DNA of 64,000 nt from Picochlorum sp. SENEW3. Lineage: Eukaryota. Location of the stretch: positions 744,001 through 808,000 of the forward strand of contig CP120458.1 of assembly GCA_034226945.1 (NCBI GenBank), written 5' to 3'. Shown here piece after piece: positions 26,566-37,543 of this stretch (the stretch's first letter is position 1; the number at the start of each line of letters is the position of its first letter). Under the pieces are notes generated by a model. It saw only the letters and a list, made by a program, of their open reading frames with translations, was not told the DNA's origin and searched no databases. The position numbers and the translations under genes are program-made.

Positions 26566-27172
26566 GGAATTTTTGATGCTGTGCTAGCAATGTCTTCTTC
26601 TTTGCAGCATTGACTATCACCATCTTGCCTGTGCCTAATGAGCACCATTCACAGTATTGTTCTTGGCCTGCCACACGCAGCCAAGGAAACTCGGCCATCC
26701 AATGAACATTAATCTTCCTACTCTTCACCGCTCTACTAGAACTTGCACTTGTGTCTGGATCACCACTGAACTTCCGCTTCGAGGCCTCAGTCTGCTGGGA
26801 AGACATTTTTGACTTTGCTTCCTCCCAACTCTCAAGGTTAGCTCGAATTGTCTTCTCTGTATGTCCTGGTATCATCGTTGATGCCCTTGCACTCTATTAT
26901 TTTACCCTGTCTTTGTTTTATTTCTTTTTCACTCAAGATCTCGCAGAAATCACTTTCACTATTCTCTAGGGGAGAGGAATGTCCCGCCTCGTCGTCCCCT
27001 GAAGATCCCATTCCTGAGCCACTTTGGTGTCATCTTTTTACAGATTTTGTCATATTTTGGTGTCATATTGCCAAAAAGTGTCAATTTTCGTGTCATATTT
27101 CCGCCAGGAAATATGACACCAATTTCGGGAAATGTCATAAAAAATCAAAATATCACACTATCTGCAACCCTG
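26566..27172 (-). mobile_element. Left end of a hAT-like element with the start of a zinc-finger ORF (truncated)
   Basis: Terminus cagggttgcagatagtg matches the MITE at 44348, with atatgaca subterminal repeats; ORF fragment HWMAEFPWL...YCEWC resembles the TTF-type finger of hAT transposases. Confidence 0.7.
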
Positions 27173-27456
27173 GGATCAATTGATCAGTGATCAGTTTATC
27201 AAAAAGTCTTCCTTTGCCTTTCTGCTGACTCGGTAATCTGCATGTATCCATGCGGAACTATTCAAGAATTTTGCACAACACACACCGTTTGGAAACAGAT
27301 ATCGTGGAAGCATCACCATAGACAAATGATCCTCTTGTCTCAAGTTGACCAGGGCAGCATTTCAGGCTGGCTGATCATTTGCATACACTTAAAAATCTTT
27401 TCTGACAGATTGGCTTGAATTGACCAGTTTTCTCCAGTGTGTGTTTCTTGTCAATT

Positions 27457-28464
27457 TCAATTGACTTTACGAAGCCAGAGAGATCCTCCACCAAGAGATA
27501 GTCCTTTTGAAGCGATAACATCACGCAAGATAAACTCAGCAGCATAATGCACTGGAAACATGACTTCCCAGTCATTATTCTTGTGTAAAAATGCAGCCAC
27601 AAAGTACTGTTCCGTGTATGATCTATTCTCTTTGTACCACGAAGGTGGATAATCGTGGGGTATAAAGATATCATGAATATGGACCCATACACCTTTCTTC
27701 AGCCGAGGGAGAATGTATAACATCTCATAAATAACATCACCATATGGCTGTACGACATGAGAATTATCTATAAACAGGATATCGTTCTCCTGGAGCCTAT
27801 CAAAAAACTTTACTTCTACCTGTTGAATAACATTTACTTTAATGTCAACACTGTCTCCCAGTGCTTTAATGACATCACTCCTGTATGGTTCAATGGCTAC
27901 ATGCTTTATGGACAGATTGTTTTCCTCTTTGATCTTTTTCCTGGCTGCATTGAAAATCATCGTGGAAAATCCTGCACCTATTTCAACGATGAGTTTCGGA
28001 TTGTTTAGCCGAGTCATACTCCATATGACTGCTTCGTCCAAAGATCCAAAACTCAAGTCCAAGTTCAGGTCCAGTCCAGAGTTAGCAATTTCATGAAGAT
28101 AAGGTTCCATTCTTGTCCAAGTACTCTCGATGATGTCGTCATTGTAATAGACAATATTTCGAGGCAGTGAGTTGAATGTCTTACTGTAATCCGCAATCAA
28201 CTGGCTGTCAACAAGTGGATTTTCATACTTGAGCAAGCTCTTAGCAATCTGGAAAAGTTTGTCATAATTGTACTCGGTAGAATCATCTCTTACAGGATGG
28301 TTACAAACACGTTTCTTCATCCAGAGAGATGCTATATACATGTGTATAAGAACAAGATAGAAAACAATCAATGTCCCATTAGTTCCATTGGCCGATAAAG
28401 TACTGTTGAATCGCCGTCTGAGCACCCTGAAGGATGCCTCCGTCCACCAATTTCCCATTGGCAC
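27457..28464 (-). CDS. Class I SAM-dependent methyltransferase (Methyltransf_24-like) with predicted N-terminal membrane anchor
   Basis: IVEIGAGFST, ILFIDNSH and LKKGVWVHIHDIF motifs; hydrophobic LIVFYLVLIHMYIASLW segment. Confidence 0.85.
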   Translation of the reverse strand: MPMGNWWTEASFRVLRRRFNSTLSANGTNGTLIVFYLVLIHMYIASLWMKKRVCNHPVRDDSTEYNYDKLFQIAKSLLKYENPLVDSQLIADYSKTFNSLPRNIVYYNDDIIESTWTRMEPYLHEIANSGLDLNLDLSFGSLDEAVIWSMTRLNNPKLIVEIGAGFSTMIFNAARKKIKEENNLSIKHVAIEPYRSDVIKALGDSVDIKVNVIQQVEVKFFDRLQENDILFIDNSHVVQPYGDVIYEMLYILPRLKKGVWVHIHDIFIPHDYPPSWYKENRSYTEQYFVAAFLHKNNDWEVMFPVHYAAEFILRDVIASKGLSLGGGSLWLRKVN

Positions 28465-28498
28465 CTACAGCCATATGCAGAAACACAGAGAAATACTA

Positions 28499-28877
28499 CA
28501 GGAAAATTTTTTTTTTCGCGACAAATTTGAGCATTTCGCGAAGTAAACGCTACCTATCGCTGTCTTTCTTGAGCCATCCGCGAAAATTGGCCCCAAGTGC
28601 CACTTGTTTTCTAGTGGATCAAATGCTCCCATCAAAGGAATCATTTGACCCACGTTGAAATGGTTGAGAACCTCCGTTGTGAGGTTGGAACGTACCTTCG
28701 AGAAGGTCTTCTGATAGGAGCACTCTGTCGATCTGAGGCGTGAGAATTCAAAATTTTGAATTTGGATTGCCCAATCCTCCCAGCCGTTGTTGACCAAGTA
28801 TCATATTTGTTGCAAAAACATTTTAATCTAAATTCGTTTTAATGCGATTTACCTAACGAAATTTAAAATTTTTCCTG
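28499..28877. mobile_element. MITE-like segment with CAGGAAAA ends (chimeric; right end identical to the 18045-18571 MITE)
   Basis: ta|caggaaaatttt ... aaatttttcctg|ta; 28821-28877 equals 18515-18571. Confidence 0.6.
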
Positions 28878-28963
28878 TATATAAACAATAATTGATCAAA
28901 GATCGTAGTGTTTCTGAACATAACGAGAAGCTCATACTCCTCATCGAGAGGCAACCTGCGACG

Positions 28964-30292
28964 ATGGCCACGGCTGTCGCCAACCTCCAGAACTTTATGG
29001 AGGCTCTGCGAGAAGCAGAAAAAGCAACAAAGTCAGCAAGAGTGACTTTCACCACCACCCTGCAGTGCGAGAATGGAGAACCGGAACGTTCGTACATTCA
29101 AAATTTGAAATTGCGAATCGACCGATCCATCATCTTGCACCTCGAACAAGGGTTGCAAGCCTACGGAAATCAACCTTTATTGCAAGATAACATTGAAGAT
29201 CCCCACAAGATGATGTTCACGGAGGAGAAGATCGGCCACCACTATGCCACCAAAACAAAGACACTGAGGATTTTCTGGAATATGTGGGTGCTGCGGGAAT
29301 TTCAGCCACATTTCGGAAAAATCGTCAATGACGGGTCCTGGATGTTCTTTGAACATGAAGACAAACAGTTCCCGGTGACTGTACAGTATGAAACTCAGAC
29401 ACAGACGCAACAAGCCATCTTACGGGGTGTCCCAACTCGACACCGGAGCTGCTTCAACAGTTCTTGGGAAGTATCATGCAACACTTGGCAAACAAAGGTA
29501 ACATCTCGAAAGAAGCGGAGATAATGACATGCGCACCTCGCAGCCATACGAGGAACGCCGGAGAAATGCCAGAATACCTCCATGCAACAGAATGGCTCAT
29601 CACCTACAAGGACAACAGGCCAGGACAGAATGGCACCATCCCAGTGGGCCCAACAGGACCTGCACTGGAGTGGCAGGTACTCAGACCCCGCCGCCCACAT
29701 GTCTCATTGGACACAGTACCAACCCTGGCCAACTACCCAGTGAGAGAAGTACAGTATGCCGCCATGGTGGAGAACAACGAAATCCAAACCGACGATTTCG
29801 TGAACATCACAAGCGAGGAATTCGCAGCCCAAGTAAACCAGACACAAGAAGCACACACAGAAACACAGGACACATCAGCACCCCAGCCAGCACAACAGAT
29901 GGAGGAGGACCAACAGGAGGCACCCAACACCGAAGAACACGACAACCTTGTCGACCCACAGCACACCGCCGCCAACCAACAGGATGGAACGAATGAAGCT
30001 TATGACACAGAGGGAAGAGGGACCAAGGGAAGCCGGCAACACAGAGGACTCAGAGGATGTGGTGTCTGCAGAGACACGCACTGTGGCGAGCAACACAGCG
30101 ACGTCAGGCCTGGACAACTCTGAAGAAGCACACAACAATCTGCAGGACCTGATAGGGGAGGAGAGCCAGAGGAGGATCACAAGAGCCTCGACCAAAAAGA
30201 GGGAGCAGCAAGGCTCACCAAAAAAGAAGCTAGCCACAGGCCCCTCACCAACGGCATCGCCTCAGAAGAAGGCGCATGCCATCCGCAAGTAA
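28964..30292 (+). pseudogene. LINE-A ORF1 (frameshifts near 29443 and 30000)
   Basis: Pieces 28892-29524, 29464-30123 and 29948-30292 join into one protein when compared with the other copies; acidic low-complexity C-terminal half and a basic tail. Confidence 0.75.
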
Positions 30293-30302
30293 ATCATTAT
30301 CC

Positions 30303-33300
30303 ATGATGATGAACGGCTTGAACTTCATGACATTCAACGTAAGAGGCTTGACCCCAAACAAATACAGTGCCATGATGAAGCTGTTAGAAGATCACAGGAT
30401 TGATATTGCCCTGATACAGGAAACCCATCTCAAAGGAAACACAGACGAACACAACTTTACAGACCTACTCGATAGAAACACACAAGCAGAATGGAAAACA
30501 TTTTGGCACAATGATCGCCAACACGGCAGAGCTCGAGGTACAGCAATTTGGATCCGAACCTATCGGCAAGGCAGAGCACCAATTCACCTCCACCCCAGCA
30601 CAGTGACAAGGAAAGGCATGGGCCGCATGATCAGTCTTTCACTGGACTGGTCGGGACATAAACTAAGAATAGGAAATGTGTATATGCCTACCACCTCCAC
30701 CTCCAACCACTGGACGATCAGCACGGCTCTGATCAACCACATCAAGAAAGATACACAGAGAACACAGGGAATCATTTATGCTGGAGACTGGAATTTTGTT
30801 GAAGACCAGACACTGGATACCACCTCCACAAAGAGAATCAACAACAAACAAGAACAATACCTCATCATGTACTGGAAAGAAACTGTAGGGAACTCGATCA
30901 CAGAATGCCAACAGGAGACACTGAGACAGAAACACATGTACACACAACACCATGGAACCATGGAAGGAACTATTCATAGCCGCCTGGACCGCTTCTATGC
31001 CTCGTCAGACATGACCAGATATATCACACAACCTATCAAAACGATAGAGATCCACAGCCACGGAATAGTATCAGACCATAAGCCAGTCATCATGAGCATC
31101 ATCGGAAATTGCCCCATAAAGATGCTGCACCCGTGCAGAAAGAATACATGAAAAGGATTAAAACCGCAGCAAAATGCCACCCACTTGCAATGAAGGAGGC
31201 GAGGAACGCATTCGAGGCTTTCCTCTCCTCATTCCAGGGTGGTGTTTGGCTCTCGGAGGAAACCCAAGGGTCTCTGCCGGACACTGACAGACATCGGATG
31301 ATACTCGAGCAGTATCCACATATTAAACGCCAACTGGGGAAAATATGGAACCAGGCCTCGAACCAAGCAATTGAAGCACTGAAGCTGGCTTTACATCAAG
31401 CCGAGGAACAGGGCATTGACCGACACATCAAAGATTGCAAACGACAGCTGCAGCAAGGGCAACAGGCAAATCGATCGGATTCACACACGTGTATTCCAAA
31501 TGACGCAATGGATAAACTCTCTTATCAGCTGCTGATGAGACCCAAGGGGAGCAACTGCATTGGAAGCTTGACTGACCCAAAGTCACGGTATACTTATACC
31601 AGTCCCAAAGGCATCGCAAATTGCCTTGCCAACACGATTGCAGAGGTATCAAAGCCTCCGCAAACAAATCAGGAAGCCCAGCAGGAACTGATCGATTTGA
31701 TTGCGGAGGAAGATCGCACTGTCTTCCCGACCTTTTGTAACCCCTCAGAGACAATCAGCTCACAGGAAGTCGCCAAAGCCATCAGGAAAATCCGCAACTC
31801 CTGTCCTGGAGATGATGGGTTGCAGATTATCCACTACAGAAAGTTTAGCAAATGGATGTGTCCGATCTTGGCCACACTATTTTCCGCCATCATCGCAAGG
31901 AACGAGATGCCAGCCAAATTTCATCATGGCACGATCAGAGCCATTGAAAAGGGAGGAACCCTGACAGATCCCACCAATTATAGACCCATCACCCTACTCA
32001 ATGTGGACTACAGAATCTTCGGGTTTATCCTGAAGGAGAGAATGACTTTGAGCCTCCAGAACTTGATTCCAGCAACGCAGACAGCCTTCCTGCCTGGAAG
32101 ACAGTCAGCAGAAAACATATGGGCAGTACAGACCATCCCCCTACTCCTACACAGAGACAACAGAGAAGCATTGATCGCCCTATGCGACTTTCGCAAAGCC
32201 TATGACACGATTGATAGAAGCTTTCTGTTTCAGATATGCCATACACTCCAGATGCCAGACTACCTGGTGAGATGGATTCAACTCATGCTCCAGGAGACAA
32301 CCAGTAAGGTATATGCAAACCATTGCTTTTCAGACTACAGACAATTTCATGCAGGGCTGAGACAGGGATGCCCAGCGTCCCCACTACTCTACCTGTTAAT
32401 TGGATTTATGCTAGCTCGCCTGGTACAACACTCAGAACTGGGCATAACAATACCATGTCCACTCCAGACAGACCCAACACAGTCAGATACAGCCTTGAAG
32501 CTATGCCTTTTCCAGTTTGCTGACGACAGCAAACTCATTCTCGAAGAAGATCAGATCCCGCGCTTTAAACAGATTATGGCGCTGTTCGCTGAGGCAACAG
32601 GGCAGCACTTGAACAAGGAGAAGACCAAACTCTTGCCCATAGGCGCCCTCAAGACCCTGCATCACAAGCAACAGATCGATGACTTCAAGGTCACAACAGA
32701 AGCAAAAATCCTAGGTGTGACACTACACTGCGGAATTGACGCTCCGACATACCATTGGCAAAGCAAAATGTCCCAACTCCAGCAGCTCACGGATAAAATC
32801 AAGCGTATGACAGGACTGTCCATCTTTGCAAAATTTGACCTCTTCAACAAATTTGTCACCTCCAAAGTACTCTATGCTGCAGAATTTATCTATACACCGC
32901 CATCCATAGTCGATGGCATCCATAAGATGGCAAGGAAGCTTTTACCACCAGATGCACCATGCTGGAAAAACGAAGCAATACAGTCTAGAGCCGATCTTGG
33001 CGGCCTGGGCATGCTCCCCTTTCGGGAACATATCAAGGCCCGTCAATATAAATGGCTCATCAGCTCTCGTGTTAGGCACCACCACCGTCTGGTCCACGCT
33101 GGTATGGAATGCCACAGCACACTACAGAAGAACCAACAGGCCAACAAAGATCATGGCTCTCAGGCTCCTCACCCAGCCGTGTGAGTTACCGGGAGTCCAC
33201 CCGGCTCTCATGGAATACAGCGAGGACAACGAGATCTCATTGCACTCGCTGATCAACTCAGTATTCAGGAATCCAACAGAAGAAAGACAGTGGAACTACT

Positions 33301-34081
33301 GCTGGCATCGCTACAAAGGAAACCAGTTGCCACTCCACAAGTATACGGTGAAAGATGGCACTCGCCTGATCACCATCAACTCGCCAGACCCAGTCAAATG
33401 GCAGCAAGCGACCAACAATCAGATTGCTTGGATACACACTGTGAGCGAGATACGGCCCAGGTTCGGTAAGATGCTGGGAAACATCAGAAAATGGTGGAGA
33501 GCACGGGTGCCCAACCCGTGGAAGGCGATCATATGGCATATAAACTCAGGAGGGCTCCTCGTGAGTCATCTCCCAGCGGAGAGGCGCAAGGACTGTGCAT
33601 GTGGACATTCGAAGGCATCAATGGACCATTATGCCCGAGAATGCCCTATTGCCAAACATGTCTACAGCCTCCTCAAACCAGAAAGCATGCTTGCTGGAAC
33701 AAACAGCCATTTCCAACTCCTTCTTCACAACATATGGAGCAACACATCTCCAAAGGATGTGGACGATGCCATATGGACTGAGATTAGTATTATTACCATC
33801 AATGCTTTGGATGTGGGCCGTAAAACAGCCTACAGACTCCTCCACCACTCCACCACAGAACATCCACCACAGCCACAGGATATCATCAGAAAGGCCAGCC
33901 ACACAGCAGAGCAGTACTTCTGGGAACTGCTGAAACAACGAAAGCCAGCTTCCCTCCACCATCGCCAACAATGAAAGAGTTGCCATTCCTGAAATGGCAA
34001 CCTGCTAACAATCGCTGGGTGTTACAGAAACCCCTGATATGGACCCTGACTAGAAACAGATCAGTGACACTCGTGCAGTGA
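30303..34081 (+). pseudogene. LINE-A ORF2 (APE endonuclease, reverse transcriptase, zinc knuckle), several frameshifts
   Basis: ORFs 30276-31151, 31109-33184 and 32913-33974, plus a shifted tail MKELPFLKWQPANNRW ending at 34081. Confidence 0.9.
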
Positions 34082-34734
34082 ACAAGGAAGCGCTTGCCAC
34101 TTCCAGGACAAACATCAGCATTCCAAGAGAGACTATAGTCAGATTTGCCTGAAGTATGACGGCCCAACTGCTCCTGTACGGTTTAGTGGTACCCATGGTA
34201 AAAATTTCACAACCTGGAGCAGTCGTCATATGGAAGGTCGAGGAAATCTGTTTCATTCACTATGCTACACTCGCTCAAACAAAACACTACAGAGGAGTAT
34301 GTCCAATGGACAATGTACAGGTCGGGAGGTTTTGTATCCCTTTATAAATTCCTCAACATTTTATTTAGGGATTTCCTCCTGTGGGGCTTGTATGATTTGG
34401 AAGATATTCGTCATATTTCTCGACTGTGTAATAATCCCCTATAAAAAAATATCCGTGAACAATAAATAAATAAACAGTTTTTCGCTCCCGGTCTTAATTA
34501 AGCCCGCCTCTTCCTCGGGGCCTTAAATAAGGCCACTTCTCTGTATGGAGGCGGCCACGCCCCAAATGTGCCTGGAAAATCAGCTTCTTCAATACGGCGC
34601 AAAAGGCTCCGAAACACGCATATGAAAAATCCAATACTGATATTTTTATTTTCCAGTCTTACATGATGATGTTATCGTCGACAAGGTGCCGATCAGACAT
34701 ACATACACAGAGCTCTGTGTCCCTCGCGAGGGCC

Positions 34735-35233
34735 CAACTGCCATTGTCGCATTGCGCCACGAACGACCTTGCCTATCTCACTCTTTCAGAAGACAATGTG
34801 CCGTATATGTATCTGAAAGAATGCTTTAGACATACAGAACGGTGAGATCTGAATGGTGGATAGAATGGGCCCGATTAGGACCATCTGTTGAACACACTCA
34901 GCAGTCATAGGCATCCTTCGCTGCGATCTATTTAGATCAGTGGCGATTGAGAGAGAGTTCATGCCAGGACAGTATCAAAGAGGCCTGCCGTCCTGTGGTA
35001 CCAAGTAGTGAACCAAAGTTTAGGTCCTAAACCATGGGCTCAGACCAGGGTTGCAAACTTTGCAGCTGCAGAGGCAGTCAGGTGGCTAAGCAGCCCTGAA
35101 TGTGTCAACCACTACAATCTGACTTACACGACATAAGTGTGAGCTCGCCAATGTGGAACAAACAAAAGAGATGTCGCCACCATCGATCAAAGTACCCCAT
35201 CGGGCCGTTTGCAAGTGGCACTGCCAATCGACT
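34735..35233. repeat. ~500-bp dispersed repeat, copy 1 (unknown family)
   Basis: Colinear with 41535-42084, for example the shared cagtcaggtggctaagcagccctgaatgtgtc. Confidence 0.85.
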
Positions 35234-35382
35234 GGCAGCGCTGCAGCGTAGATGGCCAGAGATGGCTGACATGCATGTGCATTGGACGACGGTACTCAAC
35301 CGTGTCATGTGTATTCATGCGCCCACATGCGGGCATAAAAGTGGCCTTAACAAAAACACCAAGATCATTGCCTTCGTATTGC

Positions 35383-37543
35383 CTACCCGATCCGAAGTTT
35401 GCAGCCAGATGCCTGTATCCTTTCCAAACATTTTCGAACATAGTAATGTTTTTCCAAGGTAGGCATATACCGCCTCAAATAGTTGCCGCTTAATGCCTTT
35501 TCAAAACTATGACAAGGACTAACCTGTTCCCTTCCAACTCCCCTCAAATCAAGACTTCTGAATGGTATTTCAAGGGACTCCATCAAATCCTTCGGGCAAT
35601 TGAAGGACGCGTTTGCATATTTGGATTGCATGTATTCAACAACTTCTGCTCTAGCGGCAAACATTCCCTCCGTAAGAAGCAGGTCATAATCTTCAGTGAG
35701 TGCAGCCATAATTTGTTTAACTTCTCCCCTATCAAGGATTTTTGTGTCATCTAGTATATATAAATACCGATCGCTTCGTCTAGCTAATTTATGGAAGAAA
35801 ATACTCATATCTCCCTGGCGCAATGAATGAGATTCCATCTCTGACACAAATACATCATAAGCATGATGAGATTCTCTCAAGTCACGAAATATATCTGCAA
35901 ACTCGAATTCAAGACTGAATGAATCAAGGGAAACCAGCTCTACACTTGTAAAAGGAAATAAGTCCTTGGAGATTATCATGTTCAAAACTGCATTTGCGGA
36001 ATACGTTCCAAGAACTTGGGCACTACTGGGTGCGAAGGTACAGAGTACTATTGCAAAATCATCAGAAAAGTATTCTTCGACACTTTTTGTGAAACGAGCA
36101 TCCATCTGATCCACATGAGTTCTCAGAGGCTCAAAATCACGTAGGGAATGTTCATAATTGAACACTGCTGCCTTGATAAGGTCATTCAAATGAGTGTAGT
36201 TGAAAATATTCCATAGCCATTTAGTCATCATTGGATAATCCGTGTATATATTGGCCCCTGCATGGTGGGCAGCGATTGGTATCACATCAAACAAAGAACT
36301 TTCAAACAGCCCACGCTCCCTCCCTGTTAAAAAACTGTCGAAGTACACTTTTGCCCTGGAGAAGAGTTTGACAACGCCATCGAATCCTAGACCTTGCAAG
36401 GCTTCAAGTTTATAACCGTCTGGCAACTGCATAAAATTGCTTGACTATGTATTCAATTGAGGACTCACAGCATTACTGCATATTCTCACCTGAATCTTGG
36501 AAATGTCCAGTCTATCATTCGGATCAGGGTCGTATAATATCAATTTTTCTTTTGCAAAGGGTCTTCGAGATAGTGCTTCCTCTATGAACTTTGGATTCAT
36601 TGGAGTATCCATACAGCTATGCCAGCTGCAGAAATATAGGCTCGCAAAATATTTTGTCAAGCAAAGTGGTTTGAATAGTTTCGTTCCTTTGACATTGCTT
36701 AGATCTTTCGTGTGTTGTCCTAAATAAATTACCAAAGGGGTGGCACCACTGGAAGCAAGTGTTTTCTTGTTGTTCTCATCCATTCCTGAGCCTTCAGGGA
36801 AAAGCACATAGTCCTGAGATCTGAGCATTCCAAAGGAGAAGTTACTTGGATCAATGTAGTTCGAGAAACTGCAAGCAAAAATCCGGCTGAGATACAGGGC
36901 ATAAGTAAATGAAAACTTCAATTTTCTTAAGGAGGCAAACGCACTTATTTTTATATGCCCTGACTCGTGAAGGAAAAATAGACCGAAGTTTGATCTTCTT
37001 CTCCTCGTATAATTGATTGATCTTCTGATGGATTCTATGCAAAGATTCTGGGCCCCCTGTTATGAGTGTCTCGGGATTATGGATGTACAATATTGGGGAC
37101 AATGATTCGTTCACCATTTGAATCTGTGTCGCATGGCATCTGTTTGTCTGAAGAGTCACACAAATGATCAGGGTGTCTGGCAGCATTCCATGAAAAAAGC
37201 AAGAAAGTCTGAATACTTTATTCGCAGTGTAGACACGTGAAGTAACTGTTTTGTTACATCGCCCCACAAAATCAACTGGATGGTTATCGAAATTAACTGT
37301 TACTGGAACTGCTAGCGAAAACCAGTCTGGCACCTGAAAGGATATCATGACATGGGTTTTCTGGTGCGAAACAATGCCTCTACTGTGGATACTCGTAATC
37401 CAATAATCCGTTAGGTTGCCTGCAAGCGAGGGCTTATATCCACGAGTTTTCGCGTAAACTACTAGCCAGATTATTCCGATTAATGATAAAACTTCGGCCT
37501 TTCTCACAAGGCGAAAACATAGTCCGGCCTTGCTTGCTCTCAT
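35383..37543 (-). CDS. Type II membrane protein with a glycosyltransferase (GT-B-like) domain, three exons
   Basis: ORFs 36851-37543, 36445-36921 and 35383-36432 can be joined by GT-AG introns at about 36888-36944 and 36428-36490; TM segment VLSLIGIIWLVVYA; TGGPESLH and AKVYFDSFLTGRERGLFES motifs. Confidence 0.6.

Larger units (their letters stand above)
28899..34449 (+). mobile_element. LINE family A (L1/Tx1-like), near full length: ORF1, APE-RT-CCHC ORF2, 3'UTR, short poly-A
   Basis: Complete APE motif set (NVRGL, QETH, NVYMP, GDWN, RLDRFY, SDH), RT motifs (YRPITLLN, DFRKAYD, RQGCP, QFADD), CCHC knuckle, tail cccctataaaaaaa. Confidence 0.95.

Noticed and set aside
29400..33200. Programmed frameshifting at the internal LINE-A breaks
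   Set aside because: Most indels differ between near-identical copies and fall in short runs, consistent with decay or long-read error; the APE/RT break near 31110 has no second copy here to test.
18593..34449. A single retroelement with two or three RT-type ORFs
   Set aside because: Families A and B each have their own 3'UTR and tail; the layout is better explained by nesting and chimerism.
35046..35056. cagggttgca as another hAT terminus (also near 41908)
   Set aside because: Only 10 bp match, lies inside the 500-bp repeat, and has no partner TIR or subterminal repeats.
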